The notes below the pieces were generated by a model that had not been told where the DNA came from, did no database searches, and worked only from the letters and a program-made list of their open reading frames with translations. Of a stretch of 55,105 nt of DNA, positions 37,987-48,049 are shown in pieces. The DNA is from Candidatus Giovannonibacteria bacterium (lineage in GTDB: Bacteria; Patescibacteriota; Minisyncoccia; JACPKW01; UBA11713): contig JACOXM010000004.1 in assembly GCA_016176285.1 (NCBI GenBank), positions 1 through 55,105 on the forward strand, read 5' to 3'. How positions within the stretch are numbered: the stretch's first letter is position 1; every line of letters starts with the position of its first letter. Position numbers and translations under genes: made by a program.

Positions 37987-38870
37987 TATTTTTTTTCTAT
38001 TATTCTTAGCTTCGCGGAACGGGACCGCGGATTTTCTAGCATCTCCGCTCGAGTTGGCGCTTGCGGCTTTTTAAAAATCAATATCCCCGCCCTCTCTGCC
38101 GCTAATTTCTTAAAAAACTTTTTAACGATCCTGTCTTCAAGGGAATGGTAAGAAATAACCGCAATTCTTCCGCCTGAAGACAATATCTTCCATGCCTCTT
38201 CGAGCCCTTTTGATATGTTTTCAAGCTCTTCATTTACATAAATACGCAGGGCTTGAAAAGTTTTCGTGGCGGGACTGATTCTACCCTTTCGTCTTACGAT
38301 TTTCGAAATTATTTCTTCGAGCTCTTTTGCCGTTTGAATTTTTCTTTGCTGCCGAGCCCTTATTATCCCGCTCGCAATCTTTCTCCAAAAACGATCTTCT
38401 CCATATTCACGGATGATGTCTTCCAATTCTTCGCGCGAAGCTGTATTCACTACATCAAATGCGTTAGGCCGCCGTTTTCTATCAAACGTCATTTCAAGCC
38501 CGCCTTCCGCTTTAAACGAAAATCCCCGACCGGATGCCGAAAGTTGTAAAGAACTTAGCCCAAGGTCAAATAAAATTGCATCCGGCCTCCGCCCACCGGC
38601 GGATGAGGATTTCGTTACCTTCTCTAGGTCAGAGAAGTTCAAATGAAAAAGTTTCAGCCTCTTCTCGTCCGCAAATCTTTCTTCGAGCAACCGTATCATA
38701 TCTTCATCAGCATCGATTCCGGCAAGCTCTCCCTCCGGCCCTAACTTTTTTAAGATTTCTGCTGCGTGTCCCCCGCCGTCTGTCGTCGCATCAATTACAA
38801 AGGAATCTTTTTTTAAATTCAATCCCTCAATTGTTTCATTTAAAAGAACTGGGACGTGTACTTCTTTCAT
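37986..38870 (-). CDS. rsmH: 16S rRNA m4C1402 methyltransferase
   Basis: HVPVLL, DATTDGGGH, DLGLSS, FQALRIYVN, NPRSRSAKLR. Confidence 0.96.
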   Translation of the reverse strand: MKEVHVPVLLNETIEGLNLKKDSFVIDATTDGGGHAAEILKKLGPEGELAGIDADEDMIRLLEERFADEKRLKLFHLNFSDLEKVTKSSSAGGRRPDAILFDLGLSSLQLSASGRGFSFKAEGGLEMTFDRKRRPNAFDVVNTASREELEDIIREYGEDRFWRKIASGIIRARQQRKIQTAKELEEIISKIVRRKGRISPATKTFQALRIYVNEELENISKGLEEAWKILSSGGRIAVISYHSLEDRIVKKFFKKLAAERAGILIFKKPQAPTRAEMLENPRSRSAKLRIIEKK

Positions 38871-38872
38871 AT

Positions 38873-39307
38873 CTAGTAAGCTCCGATTTCTCCCAATTTT
38901 TCCGCAAGCGTGTCCGTTGAACGCTCAACTTCTTTCTTGTACGATTCCCACCTTTCCTTGTTCCAAATTTCCATTCTCTTAAAAACGCCTATCACACTCG
39001 CCTCTCCTTTTAAGCCTGCGTATTCAGAAAGAAAATCCGGAATTAATATTCTCCCAAGCTGATCGAGTTCAACTTCAGCGGCGCCGGCAAGAAATAATCT
39101 CACAAAATCTCGAGTGTCTTTTTGCCCCGTCGGCAAATCTGCGAGCCTCGAAGCCACTTTTTCCCATTCATCCAGCGGATACACAAAAAGGCAGTTATCC
39201 AAACCCCTCGTAATCACCGCTTTTTTCCCGACATCTTTTCGGAATTTCGCAGGGATAGCAAGCCTGCGCTTCGCGTCTAAATTATGTAAATATTCACCGA
39301 TAAACAT
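38873..39307 (-). CDS. mraZ: Transcriptional regulator MraZ
   Basis: MFIGEY..LDAKRRLAIP, LDQLGRILIP, EIW. Confidence 0.96.
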   Translation of the reverse strand: MFIGEYLHNLDAKRRLAIPAKFRKDVGKKAVITRGLDNCLFVYPLDEWEKVASRLADLPTGQKDTRDFVRLFLAGAAEVELDQLGRILIPDFLSEYAGLKGEASVIGVFKRMEIWNKERWESYKKEVERSTDTLAEKLGEIGAY

Positions 39308-39372
39308 ATGAAGAATGTCGTAGTAATGTTTATGAAACAATTAAGCCTTAATTTTCAAGAGGAAATTGGACT

Positions 39373-39430
39373 ATTCACATATCCACTATATTATCCACAA
39401 TTCCCCACTTCCCTTTCATTTTATCCCACC
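39373..39430 (-). promoter_or_regulatory. MraZ operator repeats (GTGG[G/A], about 10-nt period) containing a perfect DnaA box
   Basis: CCAC units at 39383, 39395, 39405 and 39426 on the plus strand; TTATCCACA at 39391-39399. Confidence 0.7.
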
Positions 39431-39477
39431 TATATATAATACACAAACATTCTAATATGTTTCTTGTGGAAAACTAA

Positions 39478-39505
39478 ACCCCCGCGCCAATTTTGGCGCG
39501 GGGGT
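39478..39505 (-). terminator. Terminator after lysS
   Basis: ACCCCCGCGCCAA-TT-TTGGCGCGGGGGT. Confidence 0.75.
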
Positions 39506-39525
39506 AAAAACTTATGTTTAAGAAA

Positions 39526-40992
39526 TTATTCTTTCGGCTTCATTGCCGGAAATAAAATCACTTCTTTTATATTGTGAGTGTCCGTGAGAAGCATGGTAAA
39601 GCGGTCAATAGAGATTCCCACTCCGGCCGCGGGCGGCATCCCGTATTCAAGCGCTTCCAGAAAATCTTTATCAAGCGGATGCGCTTCTTTGTCTTCCTGT
39701 CCTCTTAGTACTTCTTGAAATTCAAAGCGCGATCTCTGCTCCTCGGGGCTGTTTAATTCGGAAAAACCATTTGCCATTTCAACTCCGGAGATAATCAACT
39801 GAAAACGGTCTACAAGTTTTTTATCCGTTTCAAGACTTTTAGCAAGGGGCGAAATTTCCACCGGATGGTTCGTAACATAGACGGGCTGGATAAGTTTTGG
39901 GCGGCAAATTTTACTGAAAATTTCATTGGCAATTTTCTCTCGGCTATCCTGCGCTTCAGGATTTAATCCGAATTGCTTCGCCCGAATAACCATTTCTTCC
40001 CTGGAGAGCTTGTCTGCCCCGATTATTAAAGCATGTCTCCCAAGGACATCCCAAAAAGCTATACTGGGAATCTTCTTTGGAAATTTAATTTTATTTCCTG
40101 CAAATTCAAATGTATCGCTTTTATTTATCTTTTTAATAACCGACGGAAGAATTTGGCCGATGAACTCTTTTAAATACTCGGCGTCTCGATAAGCTTCATA
40201 CAACTCGACTGTCGTGAACTCCGGATTATGCGTCATATCAATCCCTTCGTTTCTGAAATTTTTTCCCAACTCATAGACCTTAGGAAAGCCTCCCACGAGA
40301 AGACGTTTTAAATACAGCTCCGGCGCAACCCTTAAATACATTTCCATGTCGAGCGAGTTATGCCGAGTTAAAAAGGGCTCCGCTAACGCTCCCCCGTAAA
40401 GCGGCTGGAGCGTTGGGGTTTCAACCTCAATAAAGCCCGATTTATCTAATAGCTCTCTCATTAGGGAAGTTATTTTAGCTCTGACGATAAATCTATTAAA
40501 TACTTCTTTATTCATCAGCAAATCCAAATATCTCCTCCTAAAACGCTCTTCTACATCCTGGAGTCCGTGCCACTTTTCCGGAAGCGGCAAAAGGGACTTG
40601 CCCAAAATTTGCCAACTTTTAACTTCTATTGTGGGCTCGTTTTTTTTCGTATAAAAAGCCTTGCCTGAAACGGCAAAAAAATCGCCGATGTCGACGTTAT
40701 TCAAAATTAGATCGAAGGATTCCCTACCCACCTTGTCGCGCCCGATAAAAATCTGCAACTTTTCCGAACTATCTAATAAATCCAAAAAAATAGAGCCGCC
40801 GTGTTCCCGCTTTGCGATAATTCTCCCGCGAACAGATATATCCTTTTTGCGAAGGAATTTCTTGAAGTTTTTTTTTACCTTTGAGATCTCAAGAGAAGAA
40901 AACTCAACTTTCGCTGGGTATGCATTAATTCCGTCTTTTTCGAGATTCCTTAATTTCTCTATTCTTATATTCCGCAGCTCCTCTAAAGACAT
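39526..40992 (-). CDS. lysS: Lysine--tRNA ligase (class II)
   Basis: PLPEKWHGL, RRRYLDL, FRNEGID..HNPEFT, ALEYGMPP. Confidence 0.97.
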   Translation of the reverse strand: MSLEELRNIRIEKLRNLEKDGINAYPAKVEFSSLEISKVKKNFKKFLRKKDISVRGRIIAKREHGGSIFLDLLDSSEKLQIFIGRDKVGRESFDLILNNVDIGDFFAVSGKAFYTKKNEPTIEVKSWQILGKSLLPLPEKWHGLQDVEERFRRRYLDLLMNKEVFNRFIVRAKITSLMRELLDKSGFIEVETPTLQPLYGGALAEPFLTRHNSLDMEMYLRVAPELYLKRLLVGGFPKVYELGKNFRNEGIDMTHNPEFTTVELYEAYRDAEYLKEFIGQILPSVIKKINKSDTFEFAGNKIKFPKKIPSIAFWDVLGRHALIIGADKLSREEMVIRAKQFGLNPEAQDSREKIANEIFSKICRPKLIQPVYVTNHPVEISPLAKSLETDKKLVDRFQLIISGVEMANGFSELNSPEEQRSRFEFQEVLRGQEDKEAHPLDKDFLEALEYGMPPAAGVGISIDRFTMLLTDTHNIKEVILFPAMKPKE

Positions 40993-40999
40993 TATTTTT

Positions 41000-41476
41000 T
41001 TATTTAATGTCTAGAATCTGGTAACGGCATTCCCCCTTGGGAGTGTACACAACTACGGCCTCCCCCTTCTGCTTTCCAATCAGCGCTTTACCTAGGGGTG
41101 ATTCATGTGAAATTTTGTTATCCGAAGGATTTGCCTCTTCTTTGCCAACGATAAGAAAAGAGATAAAACTAGGATTCCCTTCCTTTTGCGCGACTACCGT
41201 TGATCCGATATCAACGTAAGATGTGTTTGTGTGTGAAATAAGCACCGCTCTTCCTAAAATATCTTCTATATCGGCGATCCTGGCTTCAATAACCTGCTGC
41301 TCTTCCTTTGCCTCCTGGTATTCGGCGTTTTCGGAAAGATCCCCCAAACTCTTTGCATATTCAAGCCGGTCCGCTATTTCCTTGCGCCTATTATCCTTTA
41401 AAGAGGATAGCTCTTCTTTTATCTTGATAAAGCCCTCCGCACTCAAATATTCTGCATTTATATTTATATTATCCAT
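41000..41476 (-). CDS. greA: Transcription elongation factor GreA
   Basis: GDLSENAEY, ISHESPLGKALIG. Confidence 0.96.
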   Translation of the reverse strand: MDNININAEYLSAEGFIKIKEELSSLKDNRRKEIADRLEYAKSLGDLSENAEYQEAKEEQQVIEARIADIEDILGRAVLISHTNTSYVDIGSTVVAQKEGNPSFISFLIVGKEEANPSDNKISHESPLGKALIGKQKGEAVVVYTPKGECRYQILDIK

Positions 41477-41500
41477 AGTGATAGACTTTAAACTATTTTA

Positions 41501-43447
41501 CTATTCTTGTGAAGTGTTCAAAAGGTCTGGCCTGTATATATCTATCCATTCTATCATTTGGCGCGCCGCGGCGGTTGCACCTACGGTGTTCGTATAAACC
41601 CCTCCCTCAAGAACGACTGCCATGGCAATAGTTGGCTTATCATAAGGAAAAAATCCAATAAACCACGAGTTAACATTTTTTTTATTTTGCCCAATTTCCG
41701 CGGTTCCCGTCTTCGCGGCGACTTCGAGTTTTAACCCCGCAAGAATGCTGGCCGTGCCTATTTTTGTGCCCAAATTCATCCCCTCTTTTATTACTTTCAA
41801 ATTATTTTCTGAAATGGAGAGAGTTTTTTTAATCTTAGGATTAGCGGAAAATATTACCTCCTCTCCCTTTCGGACCTCCTTGAATACATGCGGTTCCAAA
41901 ATTTTTCCGCCGTTAGCGATGATTGATGCAAAGACAGCCATCTGTACGGGGGTTACCTGAAAACTGCCCTGGCCTATGGAAAGGTTATACGTATCCCCCA
42001 CGCGCCATATAGGGTCGTCTTTCTGCGTTGAAGCCTTCCATTCTGGGGACGGAATAAAACCCTCTTTTTCGCCAAGAACATCAACATTTGTTTTTTGTCC
42101 GAAGCCAAATTTCGTAAGCCAATCCCTCATCTTCGAAACCCCCAAACCTTTTATGTCTCCGAATCCCCCGCCGACGGTGAAAAAATAAACGTTCGACGAT
42201 ACAGCAATGGCTTTTCTCATATCAACCCAGCCGTGAACTTTCCAGTCAAAAAAAATCGAGGGCTCTTTTGGATTAAATGGATTCGGAACAACTAGTTTCC
42301 CCGTAGATAATATTTCTTTTTCGGGGGAGATAATTCCTTCTTCAAGCGCAGCCAAAGCATAAAGCGGTTTTATAATCGACCCCGAAGAATATAACCCAGA
42401 AACGGTCCGATTAAACAAAGGCTTAGCCATAGAGGTAAGAACAGCATCAATTTCTTTTTTTGGTCCGCCACTAGTAAAAAGATTCGGGTCGAACCCTGGA
42501 TAACTTACCATGCTCAAAATTTCCCCATTATTAGGATCCATTACTACAGCGCCCCCGCCGCGGAAACCTCTATCATCAATGATCGCTTTCATATCCTTGT
42601 AAACTCTTTTCTGCAAGCCAGCGTCAATCGAAAGATATACGTCATTCCCGCTTTCAGGTATTTTTTGGACTATTTCAGAAAAAATATCTCCCTTTGAATC
42701 AACCTCCGTAAGCTTAGATCCTGAGTTTCCGGACAAATAAGAATCATACGCTTGCTCAATGCCGCTCCTTCCAACTAATTTATTTACTTCAAAAGATTTA
42801 AGCCTAAGGACCTCATCCGCAGAAGACTTTCCCATATATCCAACTAGATGGGATGCGGCTTCCCGAAGCGGATAAGACCTTGATAAAAATGGTTCGAGTT
42901 TAAGCGGCAAATCAAGATAATACTCCTTCCTTAGGCTTTCGAGCGCCTGCCAGTCTGAAAATTCCGCAAGGATTATGTCCTCCTTATTTGCCAAAACGTC
43001 TTTATTAATATTATCCCTATCAAAAGATATTTTTGTTTTTTCTTCTATCCCGTTTAATAATTTTGTTAATTTCGCGATTTTTTCAGGTTCTGCCATCCTT
43101 GTCCCATCGAGCAAAAGCCTGAATGAAGTATCATTCCCTGCAAGAAGCGCTCCATTATGATCAAGAATCCTGCCCCTCTCCGGCCAGAGCGGCAATATCT
43201 TTAGCCTATTATCCTCCGCGCGTGCCTTTAATACCGCGCCGCTCAATATCTGCAAATTATAAATTCTGTAAAAAAATAACCCGAAAATTAAAATAAGCAA
43301 AAGGCCCAAGTATGCATTAACTTGGGACGATATGGGAAATTCAAGCCTGCCCTCGAAACGCTCGCGCTCGAAACCAGGCAGATTTTTTGAATCCATAAAT
43401 ATTTCATCTGGCTCTAGATCCTTATTTTGCGAATGAAGGGGAGACAT
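41501..43447 (-). CDS. mrdA: Penicillin-binding protein 2 (elongasome)
   Basis: ERGRILD, SIIK, SSN, KTGTAE; follows mreBCD. Confidence 0.92.
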   Translation of the reverse strand: MSPLHSQNKDLEPDEIFMDSKNLPGFERERFEGRLEFPISSQVNAYLGLLLILIFGLFFYRIYNLQILSGAVLKARAEDNRLKILPLWPERGRILDHNGALLAGNDTSFRLLLDGTRMAEPEKIAKLTKLLNGIEEKTKISFDRDNINKDVLANKEDIILAEFSDWQALESLRKEYYLDLPLKLEPFLSRSYPLREAASHLVGYMGKSSADEVLRLKSFEVNKLVGRSGIEQAYDSYLSGNSGSKLTEVDSKGDIFSEIVQKIPESGNDVYLSIDAGLQKRVYKDMKAIIDDRGFRGGGAVVMDPNNGEILSMVSYPGFDPNLFTSGGPKKEIDAVLTSMAKPLFNRTVSGLYSSGSIIKPLYALAALEEGIISPEKEILSTGKLVVPNPFNPKEPSIFFDWKVHGWVDMRKAIAVSSNVYFFTVGGGFGDIKGLGVSKMRDWLTKFGFGQKTNVDVLGEKEGFIPSPEWKASTQKDDPIWRVGDTYNLSIGQGSFQVTPVQMAVFASIIANGGKILEPHVFKEVRKGEEVIFSANPKIKKTLSISENNLKVIKEGMNLGTKIGTASILAGLKLEVAAKTGTAEIGQNKKNVNSWFIGFFPYDKPTIAMAVVLEGGVYTNTVGATAAARQMIEWIDIYRPDLLNTSQE

Positions 43448-43883
43448 TTATGGTTTCTTTAATCCTTACAATGAAAATTAATAGTAAAGCTGATAAAAAT
43501 ATTTTCAGAAAAACTAATGACAAAATAGTTAAAGCATTCCAATACCCCACTTTTCCAATCACGGAAAAAACGAAAAAAGATATCACCACAACTCCTAGGG
43601 ACATAACAAAGGCTTTTACCGCTTGGCTGAAATTTGTTTCTGATTTAATAAAACCGGACGATAATGCGTTTGAAATCATAAGTACGGCAATAACTATGGA
43701 AAAAAATCCGTGCGGAAATAAAAGATTTATATCCAAAATCGGGCCCAATAAAATATATTCCCAATAAGGCTTGCCAATTACAGAAAGAAAAATTATTCCC
43801 CCAAATACAAATTCCCAGCCCACCCATAAACCGGCCAAAATAAGGAAAATAAATATAAGAACTCTAGTTAATAAATTCCACAT
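43422..43883 (-). CDS. MreD-like membrane protein
   Basis: About 5 TMs, GPILD; located between mreC and mrdA. Confidence 0.65.
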   Translation of the reverse strand: MWNLLTRVLIFIFLILAGLWVGWEFVFGGIIFLSVIGKPYWEYILLGPILDINLLFPHGFFSIVIAVLMISNALSSGFIKSETNFSQAVKAFVMSLGVVVISFFVFSVIGKVGYWNALTILSLVFLKIFLSALLLIFIVRIKETINVSPSFAK

Positions 43884-44646
43884 AGCGCAGGTTTTTAAAA
43901 TTAAACGGAAAACGGAAAATAATATCCTGCAGCGGCTCCGATGCTTTCCCCTCGACCCTCATCACCTCTCCGATTAACAACTGCGGATCTGTATTGGAAA
44001 AAACTTTATCCCCTACTTCAACCCGAATACTCTTGGGAAGAGTTAATTTCAGATTATATCCTCCCTGGCCAATCAAAGTAACGTTAAGCGAAAGGCGTGA
44101 AAGCCACGCCTCGGTCTCAAGCCCTGGGTAAGAAATCAGTTTCACTAAAGCGGTTTTTTCTCCAGTTTCGGTGACTTCGCCCAAATAGGCTCCGCCAAAT
44201 GCAAGAACCTTCGTACCCGGGGAAATTTTTTTGGACGAGTCCCAACTCACGCGAAGCGTATCATAGGGCGTTGAAGGAGCTTGGCTCGTAACTAGCGCCG
44301 AAGTAGTATTCATTTTTGCCTGCGGGGCAAGGCTTAATAACCCCTCCAGATCGTGTACACGGGCGCCAAGAGATGAATTTTCAAATCTGGCTCTGGCCAA
44401 CTCATCCTCAAGATTTTGAATTTTATTTATAAACGAGCCTTTGGAGGAAAAAAATCCCGAAAAAAAACTAAAAGAATTCTTTAGATACAAAGCCGCATTA
44501 TAGAGAGGCGAGAACGAATCCCTTGCCCTTCCTCTTATCTCAAGCGAATCCCCGGCCCTCAGCGCAAAAAGAAGAACCAAGAGCCCTAAAATCAGCCCAA
44601 TCGCCCTTGGAAATGGCCTACTACGTTGGGGGAAGCTCTTCTTCAT
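43864..44646 (-). CDS. mreC: Rod shape-determining protein MreC
   Basis: TM, coiled coil, beta domains (YLGEV, VGDKV, LIGEV); follows mreB. Confidence 0.88.
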   Translation of the reverse strand: MKKSFPQRSRPFPRAIGLILGLLVLLFALRAGDSLEIRGRARDSFSPLYNAALYLKNSFSFFSGFFSSKGSFINKIQNLEDELARARFENSSLGARVHDLEGLLSLAPQAKMNTTSALVTSQAPSTPYDTLRVSWDSSKKISPGTKVLAFGGAYLGEVTETGEKTALVKLISYPGLETEAWLSRLSLNVTLIGQGGYNLKLTLPKSIRVEVGDKVFSNTDPQLLIGEVMRVEGKASEPLQDIIFRFPFNFKNLRYVEFIN

Positions 44647-45673
44647 GTTCAACCAAGGCTTCCTTAAAACCTTCAAGATCCTCCAAAATAATTCCGCATC
44701 CGCGCACAACCGCGGTCAGTGGATCCTCTGCAATTTGGACCGGAATGCGCGTCTCGGCCTCTAATATTTTGTCGATTCCCCTAAGAAAAGATCCCCCTCC
44801 CGCGAGAAAAATTCCTCTGTGCATAATATCCGAAACAAGCTCCGGCGGAGTATTTTCTATAACTTCCTTGGTCGCCTCCGCGATTATTCTGACTGATTTC
44901 GCGATAGCTTCCCTGACATCGGCATCGGTTACGATGACCTCTCTTGGAAGCCCAGTAACAAGATCCCTGCCCCGAACGCTCGACTCCATGCTCTGTGAAG
45001 ACTTTGTCGCCGAACCTATCGCAATTTTTAAATCTTCAGCCGTCCTTTCGCCCAAAAGAAGCTTAAATTCATCCCTGATATAATTTATTATGTCCCTGTT
45101 AAATTTATCTCCGGCGACACGCAGATTTTTTGAAGTTACGATTCCTCCCAGGGAAATTACCGCGATATCCGTTGTACCTCCCCCAATATCAACTATCATA
45201 TTCCCCACAGGCTCGTGTATTGGAAGCCTGACACCAATTGCCGCCGCCATTGGCTCCTCAACAAGATATACTTCCCTAGCTCCGGCATTTTTTGCGGCAT
45301 CATGCACCGCCTTTCTTTCAACTTCTGTTATACCTGAGGGTATCCCTATCACTACTCGCGGACGGGCAAGAAATTTCGAAGTGTCGGAATGCGCGCGCGT
45401 AATAAAGTAAGCGAGCATCTCCTCTGTAACTTCGAAATCCGAAATTACGCCCTCAACCAACGGCCTGATGGCAACAATGTGGCCGGGAGTCCTCCCAACC
45501 ATTCTCCGCGCCTCCTCGCCAATGGCTACAACTTGACTGGTTTTTTGGTTGACCGCGACAACTGATGGCTCGCTAAAAATGATCCCCCGCCCCTGCATGT
45601 AAACCAGAGTATTCGCAGTGCCGAGATCGATTCCTATATCGTGTGAAAAATATCCAAAAAATTTATCTAACAT
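44621..45673 (-). CDS. mreB: Actin-like MreB
   Basis: IGIDLGTANT, EEPMAAAIG, DIGGGTT, PPEL. Confidence 0.97.
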   Translation of the reverse strand: MLDKFFGYFSHDIGIDLGTANTLVYMQGRGIIFSEPSVVAVNQKTSQVVAIGEEARRMVGRTPGHIVAIRPLVEGVISDFEVTEEMLAYFITRAHSDTSKFLARPRVVIGIPSGITEVERKAVHDAAKNAGAREVYLVEEPMAAAIGVRLPIHEPVGNMIVDIGGGTTDIAVISLGGIVTSKNLRVAGDKFNRDIINYIRDEFKLLLGERTAEDLKIAIGSATKSSQSMESSVRGRDLVTGLPREVIVTDADVREAIAKSVRIIAEATKEVIENTPPELVSDIMHRGIFLAGGGSFLRGIDKILEAETRIPVQIAEDPLTAVVRGCGIILEDLEGFKEALVEHEEELPPT

Positions 45674-45674
45674 T

Positions 45675-46898
45675 TCATTTTGTTTTCTTAATGACTTCTT
45701 CCAATTTTACGAGCTCTGCCGATTTAGCTCCTCGCTTCTTCATTTCGATCTTGTTTCCTGTCTTCTCGGAAATTACAGCACGGAACGGAATCCCAATTAA
45801 ATCCGTGTCTGCAAATTTCTCCCCTGCCGAAACATCTCGATCATCATACAAAACATCCACGCCCGCATCAAGCATTTTTTTATATGCCTTTTCGGCAATT
45901 GATCTGATCTTTGAATTATTTGCAAGCGAGATTAAATGCACAGAAAATGGCGCCACTGATTTCGGCCAAATCAATCCCGAGGCGTCATTATAAATTTCAG
46001 CGATAGTACCCATAACGCGCGACGTGCCAAGTCCATAACACCCTGCCTCCACAAGTTTTTCCTTTCCTTCTTTATCCTTGAATGTCAAATTAAAATCTTC
46101 GGAGAATTTAGGCTTCAATGGAAAAATATTCCCAACCTCTACAGCTTGCCCCTCTTTTAGATCACCGTGGCATTCGGCGCATTTTTTATTTCCGGAATAA
46201 ACTTCCTTATTAATACCATTTTTGCACTTCGGACAGTAATAAACCGTGTCTTCTCCGGAGGAAGTGATAACCTGGAATTCCTGGGAAAGCTCCGAAAAAG
46301 TGCCTCCGGAAGCCCTTGTTTCAATTACATCAAGCCCTAATATCTTAAATATTTTCAAATAAGCTTTCCTCATTATTTCATAATACCTATCACGGTCTTC
46401 ACTCGAAGAATGAAAGCTGTAAAGATCCTTCATCCGAAACTCGCGGCATCGCATAAGGCCCGATTTGGCGCGCTTTTCATCCCTGAATTTAGTCTGAATT
46501 TGATAGAAGGAAATCGGCAACTCTTTATACGAAGAAATGGAATGCCTCAAGAGCGGGTAAATAATTTCTTCGTGCGTCGGGCCCAAGGCATATTCCCTTC
46601 CGAAATTGCTCTTAGTCTTAAATAGCGCATCAAAACTTTCCCATCTCCCGGTTGTCTGCCAATTTTCCGCCGGATGCAGTGACGGCATAAGAAATTCCAC
46701 CCCGCCGGCATTATTCATTTCTCCTCTCGTTATATTCTCTATTTTTTCAAGTACACGTAGACCTAATGGAAGAAATGTGTAAATTCCCGCTCCCAATTTA
46801 TTAATAAAACCTGCTTGGATGAGCAGCCTCGCATTGATACTCTCTTCATCTCGTGGCGCCTGTCTTAAAGTTTTTATCGATATCTCTTTCCACCTCAT
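45675..46898 (-). CDS. proS: Proline--tRNA ligase (short bacterial type without a full INS editing domain)
   Basis: LGPTHEE, QTKFRDE, REFRMKDLYSF, EVGNIF, GCYGLG, GEKFAD. Confidence 0.95.
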   Translation of the reverse strand: MRWKEISIKTLRQAPRDEESINARLLIQAGFINKLGAGIYTFLPLGLRVLEKIENITRGEMNNAGGVEFLMPSLHPAENWQTTGRWESFDALFKTKSNFGREYALGPTHEEIIYPLLRHSISSYKELPISFYQIQTKFRDEKRAKSGLMRCREFRMKDLYSFHSSSEDRDRYYEIMRKAYLKIFKILGLDVIETRASGGTFSELSQEFQVITSSGEDTVYYCPKCKNGINKEVYSGNKKCAECHGDLKEGQAVEVGNIFPLKPKFSEDFNLTFKDKEGKEKLVEAGCYGLGTSRVMGTIAEIYNDASGLIWPKSVAPFSVHLISLANNSKIRSIAEKAYKKMLDAGVDVLYDDRDVSAGEKFADTDLIGIPFRAVISEKTGNKIEMKKRGAKSAELVKLEEVIKKTK

Positions 46899-46918
46899 TT
46901 CTTTGAAATAATATTTAC

Positions 46919-47998
46919 CTAAGAAGTAAGCTTCAATATATCATGATATGTAACGAAAATCATCAGAAGAATCAACAAAACAAATCCCGCCGCGTGCACT
47001 AGCCGCATAACTTTCCAGTCAAAGGGAGAGCCCTTGATTTTTTCAAGAAGAAGAAAGAAAATCCTTCCCCCATCAAGCCCCGGAAACGGGATAATATTCA
47101 TTATTCCTAGGCTGATTGATAAAATTCCGGTCAGCCACAAAAGGGAAGAAAATCCGGAACTAATGGAATCGCCCACGATCGAGGCAATTCCAACCGGACC
47201 GGAAACCTTATCAAAAGATCCGCGGCCCGTAAAAATTTCTCCAAAAAAACCCAAAATCGCATTTCCCGTCAGATAGCTCAAATTTGTTGTTGCAAAATAC
47301 CCGTCCTTAAGCGCTTTAAATAAACCTGATTTTTCAATTCCCGCCCTTATCATCGCGATACCCAAAACCCCCTCCCCGTCTTTGGATACTTCGGGCAAAT
47401 TTGCATTCAAAGTTAATTCCCCGCCACTTCTTTCCACTTTAACCAAAATTTCTTTTCCTTTATGCGAATCTATAAAATTCCTAACTTCGCTGGTTTTTGA
47501 AACAAGGATATTTTCATCTCCGCTTGAAAAAGAAATAATTTTATCTCCGGGGATAATTCCAGCCGCATCCGCCGGGGAACCATCCCTTATTTCCGTGATT
47601 ATGACCTCTGCGTTGGGATTTTCGGAATTATCGTCCAGTGGCACCGGTGTGCCAATCATAAATCCGGCAGAAAACAAAAAATACGCCAAAACAAAGTTAA
47701 AAAACACTCCCGCCGCGATTATCGCGACTTTTTTTAATAAACTCTGTGAAGAAAAACTCCTCGGGTCATATGCGTCCTCCCCTTCCTCTCCTTGAATTTT
47801 GACGTATCCCCCAAGCGGCAGAAGGTTAAATGAATATCTTGTCTCTCCTCTTTTTACACTAAATAGCCTCGGAGGAAACCCGAATGCGAACTCCTCCACC
47901 CTAACCCTGCTCAATTTCGCTAACAGAAAATGCCCGAACTCATGCACGAGAACTAATACAAGAAGAATCGCGATAAAAGTGACAATCGCCAAAAACAT
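46919..47998 (-). CDS. rseP: Site-2 protease RseP (M50, PDZ)
   Basis: HEFGH, PLGGYV, NIIPFPGLDGG. Confidence 0.94.
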   Translation of the reverse strand: MFLAIVTFIAILLVLVLVHEFGHFLLAKLSRVRVEEFAFGFPPRLFSVKRGETRYSFNLLPLGGYVKIQGEEGEDAYDPRSFSSQSLLKKVAIIAAGVFFNFVLAYFLFSAGFMIGTPVPLDDNSENPNAEVIITEIRDGSPADAAGIIPGDKIISFSSGDENILVSKTSEVRNFIDSHKGKEILVKVERSGGELTLNANLPEVSKDGEGVLGIAMIRAGIEKSGLFKALKDGYFATTNLSYLTGNAILGFFGEIFTGRGSFDKVSGPVGIASIVGDSISSGFSSLLWLTGILSISLGIMNIIPFPGLDGGRIFFLLLEKIKGSPFDWKVMRLVHAAGFVLLILLMIFVTYHDILKLTS

Positions 47999-48049
47999 AA
48001 CTTTCGTATTATAGAAGCTTAGCGCAAATAAAAAAAGCCCAGCTGGATT

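Noticed and set aside
39360-39480. Replication origin
   Set aside because: Only two DnaA-like boxes, no dnaA/dnaN nearby, and no orientation switch here; better explained as the mraZ operator
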